Positions 10,466 to 20,346 of a stretch of DNA of 64,000 bases are shown piece after piece. The position numbers were made by a program, and so were the translations under genes. The notes below the pieces were generated by a model, which saw only the letters and a list, made by a program, of their open reading frames with translations, was not told the DNA's origin and ran no database searches. Origin of the DNA: a virus (taxonomy: Duplodnaviria > Caudoviricetes); the IMG/VR virus record IMGVR_UViG_3300028805_003982; one strand, written 5' to 3'. How positions within the stretch are numbered: position 1 is the stretch's first letter; the number at the start of each line of letters is the position of its first letter.

Positions 10466-10981
10466 ATGGCTGATGAGATAAAATCAAACGATTTTAATGT
10501 CGTTGTGTATCACGATTTGAGCAAGGTATCGGACGTAGTGCTGATCAATTCAGGTACTTTGATAGCCAGGGGCGAAACAGCAAACCGTTTGCTCGAAGTG
10601 AAAGTCGTCGGTGACGTAATGATCTGGTGGAAAGACCCGGATTCAGACCGTGACCTGACGCTTTATCTTTATCCCAGCGAATTTCCTAAAGCTCTTACTG
10701 ATTTTATTAACAGCAGCCGGAACTGGGATCTCAAAACGGTACCGGGACAATTTGAACTCGATTCCAAGAACCGGTTTGAATTCAGTATCTGTAATAAAAG
10801 GGGTTCTGAAGTAGAGAAGATAGCCGTCTCCGAAGAAGATCTGTGCGGTAAGACGAGCGATGAGATCAAAGCTTGGATGATCGCCAAATATGTCCGCGTT
10901 ATAGAACAGATCTCAGACACCAAAAAGAGAGAACGTAAAATACAGGGATACGTCCATGATAACCCTGATATTTTCATATAA
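10466..10981 (+). CDS. Hypothetical protein
   Basis: Begins immediately after the topoisomerase stop codon. Confidence 0.55.
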   Translation: MADEIKSNDFNVVVYHDLSKVSDVVLINSGTLIARGETANRLLEVKVVGDVMIWWKDPDSDRDLTLYLYPSEFPKALTDFINSSRNWDLKTVPGQFELDSKNRFEFSICNKRGSEVEKIAVSEEDLCGKTSDEIKAWMIAKYVRVIEQISDTKKRERKIQGYVHDNPDIFI

Positions 10982-11023
10982 ACAGGCAACTGAACCATTA
11001 ATAGTACATGCAATGTAAAATAA

Positions 11024-12514
11024 ATGTTGCAAAAAGAACATCTGTTTGATAAAATGGGGGCACTTAGAGGGATGACGGAACAAAAAACGGCTGTACAGTT
11101 TATACCACACGGGTATCAGAGAGTCGCTATAGACAAGGTTAAAAACACCAAGGATGTTGCATTATTGCTTGATTGCGGATTGGGTAAGACGATGATTACT
11201 TTGAAGGCTATAGTAGAGATGGGGCTCCACAACATTTTGATCGTAGCACCTAAACAGGTGGTTGAAAATGTTTGGGAACAGGAAGCCGCCAAGTGGACAG
11301 ACACTATGGGTCTTACTTTTTCAAAGATCCTGGGTACTCCTGCGCAGCGCTTAAAGGCCCTTAATACTCCGGCAGATATCTATCTGATCTCCAGGGATAA
11401 CATAACATGGCTGAGGGGGCTTAATCATCCGAAGGCTAATCTTAACACTTTTCAAATGATAGTTTTGGATGAGTCTTCAAGCTTTAAAAATCCTACGGCC
11501 GCAAGGACTGAGGCTCTTTATGGCTTTGATGTTCCCAAAAAGGTGCTGCTGACGGCTACACCGATGCCAAAGCACCTGCTGGACCTTTTTTCACAGTTTA
11601 AGATTATGGATTGCGGACGTATGTTGGGCAATGATTATTTTGCCTTTAAGACGACGTTTTTTGCAAACCACAACCCTCACTTCCCTGACTGGAAGCCTAA
11701 GAAGGGTGCTGAAGAGGCAATCTACAACAGGATCGCTCCTGTAACTCTTTCTATGAAGAACAAGGATCTGTTGAAGTTGCCCGAATTGGTCAAGGCGGAT
11801 AATGTGGTTTATTTCACTCTTGAAGAAAGGGCTTTGTATGATTCTTTGCGCGAGGATGCTGTTATCAAGATAATAGATGAGGCAGAAGGCGACGCAGAAA
11901 AGATCATACAGGCGGTTAATAAGGGCGTTCTGCAGGGTAAGCTGAGACAGCTTGCCAACGGGTTCTTATATGATACAAATGAGATGACCGGTGAAACTTC
12001 CGTCATAGACATAAGTAAATCTAAGATACATGCCCTGGAAAGTATCCTTGAAGCCTGCAGCGGCGAAACGGTCTTGGTGGCGTATCAGTTCAAGCATGAC
12101 CTTGAATTGCTCAACAAGATGGCTGAAGAAATGAAGCTTAATTATTGCAATCTGAGCGACCCTGACGGAATGATGAAATATGAGAATGGCGTTGATGTAG
12201 CTTTTCTTCACCCCAGGTCTTCCGGGTTTGGGCTTAACCTTCAGTCAAAGAGCCACAGACTTGTGTGGTATGCGCTGCCCTGGAGTTACGAAGAATATGA
12301 GCAGACTTGCGCCCGTGTATATAGACAAGGACAGAAGAATACCACATATATTCATACGATTGTCGCTGATGACACTGTTGATAATGACATCATCGATGCG
12401 CTGGCTTACAAGGGGGGCTTTAACGAAAGATTGAAAGCGTGTACGTTGGCGTATCTGAAAATGGCAAACGGTGCCATTTTGCTTAACAGAGTAAACACAG
12501 ACCATACATTATAA
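11024..12514 (+). CDS. SNF2-family (phage/plasmid type) helicase
   Basis: DCGLGKT, LDESS, LTATP, GFGLNLQ and Q..AR.YRQGQ motifs. Confidence 0.85.
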   Translation: MLQKEHLFDKMGALRGMTEQKTAVQFIPHGYQRVAIDKVKNTKDVALLLDCGLGKTMITLKAIVEMGLHNILIVAPKQVVENVWEQEAAKWTDTMGLTFSKILGTPAQRLKALNTPADIYLISRDNITWLRGLNHPKANLNTFQMIVLDESSSFKNPTAARTEALYGFDVPKKVLLTATPMPKHLLDLFSQFKIMDCGRMLGNDYFAFKTTFFANHNPHFPDWKPKKGAEEAIYNRIAPVTLSMKNKDLLKLPELVKADNVVYFTLEERALYDSLREDAVIKIIDEAEGDAEKIIQAVNKGVLQGKLRQLANGFLYDTNEMTGETSVIDISKSKIHALESILEACSGETVLVAYQFKHDLELLNKMAEEMKLNYCNLSDPDGMMKYENGVDVAFLHPRSSGFGLNLQSKSHRLVWYALPWSYEEYEQTCARVYRQGQKNTTYIHTIVADDTVDNDIIDALAYKGGFNERLKACTLAYLKMANGAILLNRVNTDHTL

Positions 12515-12529
12515 CAGGAGGTATTGAAG

Positions 12530-12805
12530 ATGGAAAAAGATACGATGATTCTTAAGATCGCGGTCGGTACAAACGGCAATTGTTCCGTAGGGTATGACAA
12601 AGGCCAGATCGAAAATGCGGCTGATTTTTTGGACGCTCTGTCAGACGGGTTTTATGCTTTGCTGAAGTTTTATGATAAATTGCCTTCCAATTCGCAGCTG
12701 CGTTCAGTGGACAGCGATTCACAGGCGCCTGATGCAGAACAGCTTTTGCTGAATGCCGTGGATATTGCGATTTCTAAGTACAGGGATTTCGAAAATGGCG
12801 ACTGA
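12530..12805 (+). CDS. Hypothetical protein
   Basis: AGGAGG RBS before ATG 12530. Confidence 0.55.
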   Translation: MEKDTMILKIAVGTNGNCSVGYDKGQIENAADFLDALSDGFYALLKFYDKLPSNSQLRSVDSDSQAPDAEQLLLNAVDIAISKYRDFENGD

Positions 12806-13169
12806 TTCTTCATTCTGGGTAACTATTACCGAATACATATATCTGTATAACCCTTTACATGAACTGGCAAACAAAGAAAAGGCTGCTGGATCAAAGGCTT
12901 TATCTGAAATGCTCGATCTGATGGATCGTGCATGGCCGGATGCCGTAAGAAGGTTATCGCCGGCTCAGGCTCGTATTATTGATTGCTCGTGGGGCGGGTG
13001 TTCGGACGATGCAAGTCTTGCAGCAACTTTCGGCAAGACCGACCGGTGGATCAGGATGCAGCGCAGAGAAGCGTTGGAATCCTTGTGTGATTTTTACAGG
13101 AACGAGTGCGGGATCAACATATACGTCAATGAGTCAGCACATCAGTTATCCGAAGAAAGGGGGTTGTAA
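12795..13169 (+). CDS. Sigma-70 region-4-like HTH protein
   Basis: LSPAQARII...S.A..FGKT..WI....REAL..L pattern; start revised to ATG 12795. Confidence 0.5.
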   Translation: MATDSSFWVTITEYIYLYNPLHELANKEKAAGSKALSEMLDLMDRAWPDAVRRLSPAQARIIDCSWGGCSDDASLAATFGKTDRWIRMQRREALESLCDFYRNECGINIYVNESAHQLSEERGL

Positions 13170-13171
13170 AC

Positions 13172-13684
13172 GTGGGCTTAGGAAATTACCTTGAGAGGAG
13201 AAGAGAGCGTAAGGCCGCTAAAAAAGAAGCACGGAAGCAGAAATCCTTAGCGGAATACGCCCGCAGAAAGCTGTTTGGTAACATTATGACGGACGAAGAG
13301 TTCGATAATTTTTGCAAGACAGCCGAAGCAGAAAGGGCTGAGCAGGAAAAAGCCGATTGCTACGGATACTTTGTATATACTATGGATTTCGGATATTCAT
13401 CGGGGGCAAAGATCAAAAACAGTGATCAGTGCCTTTATTTTGACAACCTCTTTGAAATACGTGAGTGGGTAAGACAGTCCCTTTTGGGCAACAGGGTTTT
13501 TGGTACATATTCCTACAATCCTCACAAGTTTCTTCGTTTTATGCCGATCATCGCCGAGTTTGTGTCCGGTGATAAGATAAGGCGTATCTTAAGGATCACT
13601 GATATCGACGGGAGGGAACACTTTAATGCCCTGGAACGGAAATCCACGGAGCAGATCGACAATCTTCTCCGGTCACTCCCCTGA
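13172..13684 (+). CDS. Hypothetical protein with basic N-terminus
   Basis: GTG start directly after the previous stop codon. Confidence 0.5.
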   Translation: MGLGNYLERRRERKAAKKEARKQKSLAEYARRKLFGNIMTDEEFDNFCKTAEAERAEQEKADCYGYFVYTMDFGYSSGAKIKNSDQCLYFDNLFEIREWVRQSLLGNRVFGTYSYNPHKFLRFMPIIAEFVSGDKIRRILRITDIDGREHFNALERKSTEQIDNLLRSLP

Positions 13685-13770
13685 TAAAACCCGAGATCCC
13701 GGTTTTATATGTCGTTTATCGGCGTTTGCTAAATAAAAACACGTTATAAACCACCCATATTTAATTTTTT

Positions 13771-13800
13771 AGAGCATTGGTAACGATGCTCTTTTTATTT
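13771..13800 (+). terminator. Intrinsic terminator
   Basis: AGAGCATTG-gtaa-CGATGCTCT followed by TTTTATTT. Confidence 0.7.
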
Positions 13801-13912
13801 TGTCCTGAAATTCGGTGCACTTTCTAAAAACTGCCGTTATACTAATAAATATACTCGTGGGTTATTTAGTAGGATACCTACGCGCAAAAATGTATTCGGC
13901 GGTGCAGTTCAT

Positions 13913-14356
13913 ATGTATGATGACTTGGAATTTGGTAAAAATGAATATCTTACCGAAAGAAAGTCCTTGGTTCGCAGGATCAAAAGACAGGAAGATTCCA
14001 TAGATCTTCTTCGTGAAAAGCTTTTTGGGTCTGCGGGGGTGACTAACTATGAAGGCGGCTTTTTTGCCGGCTTTAATCCCGACAAGATCGACTATGTGGG
14101 ATACCAGATCGCTCTTAGAGCAAAACAGGTAGATGAAGCACATCTTCGTTTGAAGAGACTTGACTCTGAGTTTTGTTCGGCTGTTAACAAGTTTACCTAT
14201 AAGGAACGTATCATACTTTTTTGTATCTACTGGGACCAGAAAACTTTCACGGAAGCCGAAAGAGAAGTTCACGTAGCTCCCGGATATATTACCAATTCCA
14301 AGCTGTTGGATCGTTTTAAGTCGATCTTTTTAGTTGAAGGAGGGACGCAGTCATGA
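13913..14356 (+). CDS. ArpU/RinA-like (sigma region-4) transcriptional regulator
   Basis: C-terminal AVNKF...ERIIL...Y.DQKT..E....HV pattern; own -10-like element at about 13838. Confidence 0.5.
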   Translation: MYDDLEFGKNEYLTERKSLVRRIKRQEDSIDLLREKLFGSAGVTNYEGGFFAGFNPDKIDYVGYQIALRAKQVDEAHLRLKRLDSEFCSAVNKFTYKERIILFCIYWDQKTFTEAEREVHVAPGYITNSKLLDRFKSIFLVEGGTQS

Positions 14357-14790
14357 TAAAGATGATCCCTCAACAGTTTATTATTGCTCCTCAGAGCAAG
14401 GCGGAGTTTTCCAGAACCAGTGTTGCTTTGGTTTCCGGTAAATACAAGACCCTCTATTGGAAAAAACTGTCTGATTATGACCCTGAGTCCGATGTTAAGC
14501 TTTACACGGTTTCCCGCGAATATAAAAAATGGTTTGTCCATTATTACGGGGGAACAACGCCCGTAGATTTTATATATTACGACAAGTGCGAGCAGGCGAT
14601 GGCGGCAGCTGCCTCTTTGATGCATATGAGCGTGTCGTCCGCGAAGGAAGTTTGGAAGAATCTCGGGTTAATGCCCGGAGACGTGAAGATCCCCATCAGC
14701 GCAACACACGCAAGAAAGATCAAAGAAAGTGTCCGCAAAGACAACCGTGTTCCTAAGGATGTTCATGTAATCCAGAAGGAGGGTAAGTGA
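14353..14790 (+). CDS. Hypothetical protein with locally repeated 'A..AA.LM.VS' domain
   Basis: Shares the motif with 14792, 15324 and 46502. Confidence 0.6.
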   Translation: MIKMIPQQFIIAPQSKAEFSRTSVALVSGKYKTLYWKKLSDYDPESDVKLYTVSREYKKWFVHYYGGTTPVDFIYYDKCEQAMAAAASLMHMSVSSAKEVWKNLGLMPGDVKIPISATHARKIKESVRKDNRVPKDVHVIQKEGK

Positions 14791-14791
14791 T

Positions 14792-15331
14792 ATGAATGCA
14801 CTGGCTCATCCTAACGTTAGAAAGGGACTGGTTGCTGTTCTTTCATCAGACGGAAACAGGATCGTATGGCTGCCTAAACAGCAGACTGAGGGTCGTTTGT
14901 ATAAAAGGCCGTGCTTTCCTGTCCGTAACAAGGGCGCTTGGGCGCTTGTCTGGCACGATACGGGCGAATTAGCGTCTAACTATTATTCCGATAAGACGAC
15001 CGCGTTGAGAGCAGCTTCTAACATTATGGGGGTTTCCTACACGAAAGTTCTTGATCTTATGTACAGCGTCGGCTTAGGAGATCGTGACCGTGAGGTGACC
15101 TGGAGCTGCAGACCTGTGGTCTGTGATCCGGCGGATTCCGAAGATGTTCTCGATGCCTTGCAGGATACCTTGGGGTATATGGCCTTTTCGACTCAAACAA
15201 GGAATCCGGATATATGCAAAGCTGCTTTGGACAGGGTTGTTTTTGAAGGTTCGGCTGATGCGGAACCCATAAAGAAATATTACGCGAAGAACACAAGAAG
15301 ATTGTTAAAAGGGAGGGTTAACAATGGGTAG
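14792..15331 (+). CDS. Hypothetical protein with locally repeated 'A..AA.LM.VS' domain
   Basis: DKTTALRAASNIMGVSY motif. Confidence 0.6.
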   Translation: MNALAHPNVRKGLVAVLSSDGNRIVWLPKQQTEGRLYKRPCFPVRNKGAWALVWHDTGELASNYYSDKTTALRAASNIMGVSYTKVLDLMYSVGLGDRDREVTWSCRPVVCDPADSEDVLDALQDTLGYMAFSTQTRNPDICKAALDRVVFEGSADAEPIKKYYAKNTRRLLKGRVNNG

Positions 15332-16259
15332 AGAGTATGAAGGCGTGAATACGCAAAGCAGTGATCTTGGAGATGTCAGGAGTTATGAGGACTTCCTCAA
15401 GTGGTTTGAGGATAATTATCCTAATGCCGCAATGAAAAAGGCGGAATTTACATTGGATAAGCTTAAGGAAAAATATCCGGAGCTGGAGAACTATGTTCTT
15501 TCCGCAAAGGATCGGGTCAGATATAACACTTTATGTCAGGATATCAGACTTCAGGCGTTGTATAAACTGATCGCCACAAGGCCGGCAGTAGATACCGAAC
15601 CCTGTGTGGGGATGGTGAATGGTAAGCCGCACTTTACTTGGGGGAAGGCTAAAGAGCATATTATCCATGGCACACATCCTATATACGTGGTCTCGTTTGA
15701 TTGCGAGGACTGGGTCGTGCATAAGCCTCTTAGCAACGAGGTCGTTAAGGCTTTTACTGTAGAAGCGCCGAATTCCAATGCTATAACGAATATTTATCCC
15801 GCTATTAAAGCACAGGCGGTTGCAGCAGCTGCTGAGCTGATGCATGTATCGGTTTCGGATGCATATAAGCTCTGGGCAAAGATGGGTTTTGCTCAATATT
15901 CTCCTGCAAACCCTGACAAGAATTTTGTTGTTTCGTTCTATCCGCCGACGGTCTTTAATTCGGCAAGCAAACTTATAGTCAATTTGATGGGAGACGAGTT
16001 TGTTTACAACGGTATTAGCAGAAACACGAATGAACCCGCTAAAAACAGACCCTTCCAGATATATGAGTGTTATAAGCATCTTGATATACAGGGCAACTTT
16101 TATGGTATCGACGCTGATGAGAAGTATCTGTACAGCAAGATCGAAAAGATCATCAGTATTAACAACGCTGCTCAGAGTGTTGAGGTGCAGATCAACGTCT
16201 TTGACTTGATGGAAGAGCTTACGGGGGTGCATATAGACCCAGTAGAACCCGGATTATAA
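15324..16259 (+). CDS. Hypothetical protein with locally repeated 'A..AA.LM.VS' domain
   Basis: KAQAVAAAAELMHVSV motif; GGAGG RBS. Confidence 0.6.
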   Translation: MGREYEGVNTQSSDLGDVRSYEDFLKWFEDNYPNAAMKKAEFTLDKLKEKYPELENYVLSAKDRVRYNTLCQDIRLQALYKLIATRPAVDTEPCVGMVNGKPHFTWGKAKEHIIHGTHPIYVVSFDCEDWVVHKPLSNEVVKAFTVEAPNSNAITNIYPAIKAQAVAAAAELMHVSVSDAYKLWAKMGFAQYSPANPDKNFVVSFYPPTVFNSASKLIVNLMGDEFVYNGISRNTNEPAKNRPFQIYECYKHLDIQGNFYGIDADEKYLYSKIEKIISINNAAQSVEVQINVFDLMEELTGVHIDPVEPGL

Positions 16260-16274
16260 GAAAGGAGGCCTGAC

Positions 16275-16817
16275 ATGACACAGTATGCCATAGCTTTGGA
16301 AACTACAGGAACAGATACCATGAGTGAGATCATTAAGGTCTCTTTGGTCGATATGTCTAATGATCAGGCAATACTTGATTGTCTGCTCGATACAGATCAC
16401 TGTTCACCGGGAAGGTGGCAGTCGATATACAGGTATAACACCGGGATCACTCCTGAAATGGTCGCAGGAAAAAGTTGTCTGTTCACGGAACCCGCGGTTC
16501 GTGCCAAGTTCAGCAATCTTCTTTGCAGAGCAGATCAGTTAGTGGCATATAGCGGTGATTTTGTCAGACTTATGCTTCAGATCAGCGGTATACAGCATCC
16601 GCCGATATACAGTCTTCAGGATGCGTTTGCTGAAGTGTACGGGCTTACGAACGCTGACGGATCATCCGCTACAAAGTATCAGAAGTTTCAGACCATGTGT
16701 GATTTCTATGGTATCGGGGCGGATCTTTCTACTACTTTGGGCAAGGCTCGCGCAACAGCGGCGTGCTATAGGGCTTTGTCCGCCAGGATTATTAATGATT
16801 CGCCGTTGGGTATGTAA
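16275..16817 (+). CDS. DEDDh 3'-5' exonuclease-like protein, catalytic residues degenerate
   Basis: ALETTG, TGIT.EMV, LVAY..DF and LG.ARATA fold motifs; D/D/H/D positions substituted. Confidence 0.65.
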   Translation: MTQYAIALETTGTDTMSEIIKVSLVDMSNDQAILDCLLDTDHCSPGRWQSIYRYNTGITPEMVAGKSCLFTEPAVRAKFSNLLCRADQLVAYSGDFVRLMLQISGIQHPPIYSLQDAFAEVYGLTNADGSSATKYQKFQTMCDFYGIGADLSTTLGKARATAACYRALSARIINDSPLGM

Positions 16818-16830
16818 CGTGGAGGTAAAT

Positions 16831-17898
16831 ATGGCAGAACGCACAATAGCAGGTAATCGAATGTCAATTCGCTCTTTGGTTAGAAGTATGATCGATTGCT
16901 GTGATCGTGATACGGATGTAATCAAGAAGGCACACAACATAGCTATAAGGGAATCTATCTTTTTTAAGGTGTTGAGCGAAATGACTTCACCGGAAACTGA
17001 GGTCGAATTTGAAAAGCTCTTTTGTTATTCCGTTGTTAATCTTGGAGCATATGTCAGTGAAAAGGGTAAAAATGACTTCTTTGACAGAGCTCTCGGTGAG
17101 GGAGAAGACGTTACCGTTTCAGAACAACTTCTCTATCAGATAATTGAGCGCATGGAATCAGAAAGCAAAGTATCTGATTTTGAAGCAGTGTATAGAGATT
17201 GCGTCAGGGAAGCTCTTTACGATCTGGACAGGGATATGAAAACCAGGGATAACTACATTCCCGGCGGGCGCGTAGGAGCTACGGAGTTTGATGCAGGCCA
17301 GACGGTTGACAAACTGATCTCAGACAGACTTGAGAGTTCCAGTAATAACTTAGGTAGCTCCGCTTATCTTAGTAAGATACTCAAAGCGATCCGCTTGCTT
17401 CCCGAATTTTCAGAGTCTTCTGCCAGACCGCTTTCTTATTATGAAGATGCCCGTTTTCTTACAAATGTTTATGCATTGCTGCATACGGTAAGTCAGGAAG
17501 AAAACTGTAATCTGGTCGGACTGGAAAGCAACGGGTTTGATGCAGAAGCTAAGGTCAAGGAGCTCAAACTGGATGAGCCTGAGATTACCGTGTCCCGTTT
17601 TATGAGCTTGGCAAAGTATTGCTATAACATGCTGTTTGATTCAGTCCTTACTTGTGAAGCTTTGACAAATGTTTGGGGTGATGACGGCAAATCCGGCGGT
17701 GCTAAGTACCCCGGAATCCAGACAAAGCACGTAATCCTGGCCTTTGTGCAGTCGGTGTATCCGACATTATTAAAGCCGTTGGCATTAGCCTTCAATAACG
17801 GAGACGAGGTAAGTGCTGAACAGATGATAAAGGAATCCTCGGCAATCAGGGATTTTGAAAATAAGAAGATCAATTTAGGAGGTAATGTAGGATTGTGA
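16831..17898 (+). CDS. Hypothetical protein
   Basis: GGAGG RBS before ATG 16831 (start revised). Confidence 0.6.
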   Translation: MAERTIAGNRMSIRSLVRSMIDCCDRDTDVIKKAHNIAIRESIFFKVLSEMTSPETEVEFEKLFCYSVVNLGAYVSEKGKNDFFDRALGEGEDVTVSEQLLYQIIERMESESKVSDFEAVYRDCVREALYDLDRDMKTRDNYIPGGRVGATEFDAGQTVDKLISDRLESSSNNLGSSAYLSKILKAIRLLPEFSESSARPLSYYEDARFLTNVYALLHTVSQEENCNLVGLESNGFDAEAKVKELKLDEPEITVSRFMSLAKYCYNMLFDSVLTCEALTNVWGDDGKSGGAKYPGIQTKHVILAFVQSVYPTLLKPLALAFNNGDEVSAEQMIKESSAIRDFENKKINLGGNVGL

Positions 17899-18413
17899 GC
17901 TTGTCGGATCTGTTGTCTTCTGTGTTAGATCCGGGGAACGGCGTTGATTGGAGGCTGCTGCCTTTTGCTCTGCTTATATTTGGTATTGTTCTCTTTGGGT
18001 TCTGGTACAAAGACCGCAAGGGCAGACATAACCTCAGAAGATATGGTCTGGCAGACATAGACAGAATGTCCGGTGAGGAATTTGAAGACTATCTGGCTCT
18101 TTTATATAAGTCACAAGGGTGGTCGGTGGAACAGATCGGCGGGAGCGGCGACTTCGGGGCTGATCTGATAATCAAAAAGAAAAACAAGTCGTATGTGGTG
18201 CAGGCAAAAAGGTACTCAGAAAAAGTATCGCTTCCTGCGATACAGCAGTCCTTTACAGCCATGTACTACTACAGAACAACCGGGTGTTTGGTGGTAACTA
18301 ACAGCTTTTTTACCCGAAACGCTCAAAAATTAGCGGATGCAGTTGGTTGTGAACTGATAGACAGAAACAACCTTGCAGAATACATAGAAGATCTTAAGAA
18401 AGGAAAGGTATAA
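17895..18413 (+). CDS. Membrane-anchored Mrr-like (type IV restriction family) endonuclease
   Basis: N-terminal TM helix; EFE, GDFGAD, VQAKRY and VTNS.FT motifs. Confidence 0.8.
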   Translation: MSLSDLLSSVLDPGNGVDWRLLPFALLIFGIVLFGFWYKDRKGRHNLRRYGLADIDRMSGEEFEDYLALLYKSQGWSVEQIGGSGDFGADLIIKKKNKSYVVQAKRYSEKVSLPAIQQSFTAMYYYRTTGCLVVTNSFFTRNAQKLADAVGCELIDRNNLAEYIEDLKKGKV

Positions 18414-18417
18414 CGTT

Positions 18418-18618
18418 ATGAATTTTGAAGACAAGATCAGATTGTTAAGAAAGCTTAAGGAGGCTAAGATCACCGATGCAAAGGCGATCGAGAAGCTGAC
18501 TACCAAGGATATGCTTGTCATATCAAAGAAGAATTACGCTACGATCGAAGGCCTCGTTGAACTTCAGGATAACGTAAAGGACATTTTTACTTGGCTGATG
18601 AATGACGATAAGGGCTGA
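18418..18618 (+). CDS. Small hypothetical protein
   Basis: Operonic position, RBS. Confidence 0.5.
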   Translation: MNFEDKIRLLRKLKEAKITDAKAIEKLTTKDMLVISKKNYATIEGLVELQDNVKDIFTWLMNDDKG

Positions 18619-18632
18619 TGAGGTTTTAGGAG

Positions 18633-19820
18633 ATGAACGAGGTACACATTCTCAATTATCTCTCGGCGCTTGGTATCGACTTTGAGCAGACCGGCCGTTT
18701 CAATGTCAATGTCCTGTCCAGCGATAAGTTCCCGTGCGAGAACTTTAGGGTTGATCCGGTAAAGGATACCTGGACATGGAGTGACAGAAGTCTTTATGGC
18801 AGGGGAGCCTGGGACTTTATCGACAAGTGTGAACAGGGTTCCGCAGGTGACCCGGACCGTATCAAGGCGCGTCTTGCGGAGGTAATGGACGGGGACATTT
18901 TTTCGGATGAATACGGGATCACCATCCCCCAGATCGGTAAGCCCGGTGCTAAACTGTCCGAAGGGTCTTTGGTGTCCATAGATGACGAAGACTTCCGTCT
19001 TCCTCCCAGAAGTTTTAATGCAGCCATGATGGAAAAATATCTCATTGATATTCGCGGCATAAGCAGGGCTGTTCTTAACTACTTTGTGAAGACCAAGCAG
19101 CTCTACGAGTCCGGCGAGGAAATCTTAAATGAGAGCGGAGCTCTGCTCGGGTATGACCATCGTCTTGTATTTTGCGGGCGCAATAACCTGGGTGTCGTGA
19201 TATCGGCTACGAAAAAGAGCATGGAGGAGAAGGGCTCGTATACCAACGTATCCAACTCCGACAAAGAAAACGCTCTCTTTACGTTCCCGGAAAACATACC
19301 GGATCAGACTGACGAGTTGATCATCTTCGAATCAGAGATAGATCTTATGAGTTACCTGTCCTTGCTGGAAGCGACCGGAAGAGACTGGCGATTATATCCT
19401 TGTGTTTCACTTGGGGGCATAACGGCTAATCTTTGGGTATCAAACGGCCTGAAAAAGCTGCTTCAGAGGCTTGCGGGGCTTAAGACCATTAGACTGTCTT
19501 TTGATAATGATGAACAGGGCAGGCGAGGGGCGGCTTCTTTAGCTTTGCATCTGACTGACTATTATGCGGATAACGGAGTTAAGCCTAAAGATATGCCGGT
19601 CATTACCGCGCTGCACCCAGGCGTCAGTTCTTTGTCATATCACCTGAATGCAGACATCAATGATTGGAATGAAGCTTTGAGAATGTATAAGGGTGTGACG
19701 CCCGACAGCAAAAATTGCAGCAAGTTTGATCTTAAAAAGACTTTTAAGGGTGCTGATGATCAGATAAAAGAGGAAGAAGCATCTGCAGACGACGATACAA
19801 AGGAGACAAAAGATGAATAA
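18633..19820 (+). CDS. DUF3991/Toprim-like primase-related protein of conjugative elements
   Basis: YL...RGIS, FESEIDLMSY, SLGG and FDNDEQG motifs; DWNE near the C-terminus. Confidence 0.75.
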   Translation: MNEVHILNYLSALGIDFEQTGRFNVNVLSSDKFPCENFRVDPVKDTWTWSDRSLYGRGAWDFIDKCEQGSAGDPDRIKARLAEVMDGDIFSDEYGITIPQIGKPGAKLSEGSLVSIDDEDFRLPPRSFNAAMMEKYLIDIRGISRAVLNYFVKTKQLYESGEEILNESGALLGYDHRLVFCGRNNLGVVISATKKSMEEKGSYTNVSNSDKENALFTFPENIPDQTDELIIFESEIDLMSYLSLLEATGRDWRLYPCVSLGGITANLWVSNGLKKLLQRLAGLKTIRLSFDNDEQGRRGAASLALHLTDYYADNGVKPKDMPVITALHPGVSSLSYHLNADINDWNEALRMYKGVTPDSKNCSKFDLKKTFKGADDQIKEEEASADDDTKETKDE

Positions 19821-20346
19821 TGCTGACGTTGATAGGAGTAAGGTAAGGGCGTATCTGGAAGAACATCGTAGTATCACGGACGATGAAGCCCGCAGGTTTA
19901 TCGGAACGACCCGTGTCGGTGCCAGGATCTGGGATCTCAGACATCTGGACGGTTTGGACATAGTCACCTTTATGATTAGTGTGCCTAAACGGGAAGGCCG
20001 TACTGCAAGAGTTGCTAAATACATGTTCTGGACGGATGTTGCGGACTTAATATCTCCCGAAGGTGTTATAGAGGCTTTGAAGTCAATGAAGTATAAGGTC
20101 GTTGAAGAAAACTCTTCCAACAAAGAGTTCTGTCGTATGGTGAAGGAAAACCCTGATACACACAAGCTGTTTTGTGTAACGGTGCCTAAAGATGAGTATG
20201 GACTGACATACAAGACATCTCTTAGAAAGTGTGTTAATCAGGTTCTTTCAGATCCTGCCTATGCGGGCAACGAAGGTAAGCTTCTTACTTTGTTTGTGCG
20301 TTATACGGAAGAAGTCCGCAAAGAACCGGAGGAAAGAATATTATGA
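19813..20346 (+). CDS. Winged-HTH domain protein
   Basis: YL....SIT..EA...G..R..ARI.DLR..G.DI pattern. Confidence 0.55.
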   Translation: MNNADVDRSKVRAYLEEHRSITDDEARRFIGTTRVGARIWDLRHLDGLDIVTFMISVPKREGRTARVAKYMFWTDVADLISPEGVIEALKSMKYKVVEENSSNKEFCRMVKENPDTHKLFCVTVPKDEYGLTYKTSLRKCVNQVLSDPAYAGNEGKLLTLFVRYTEEVRKEPEERIL

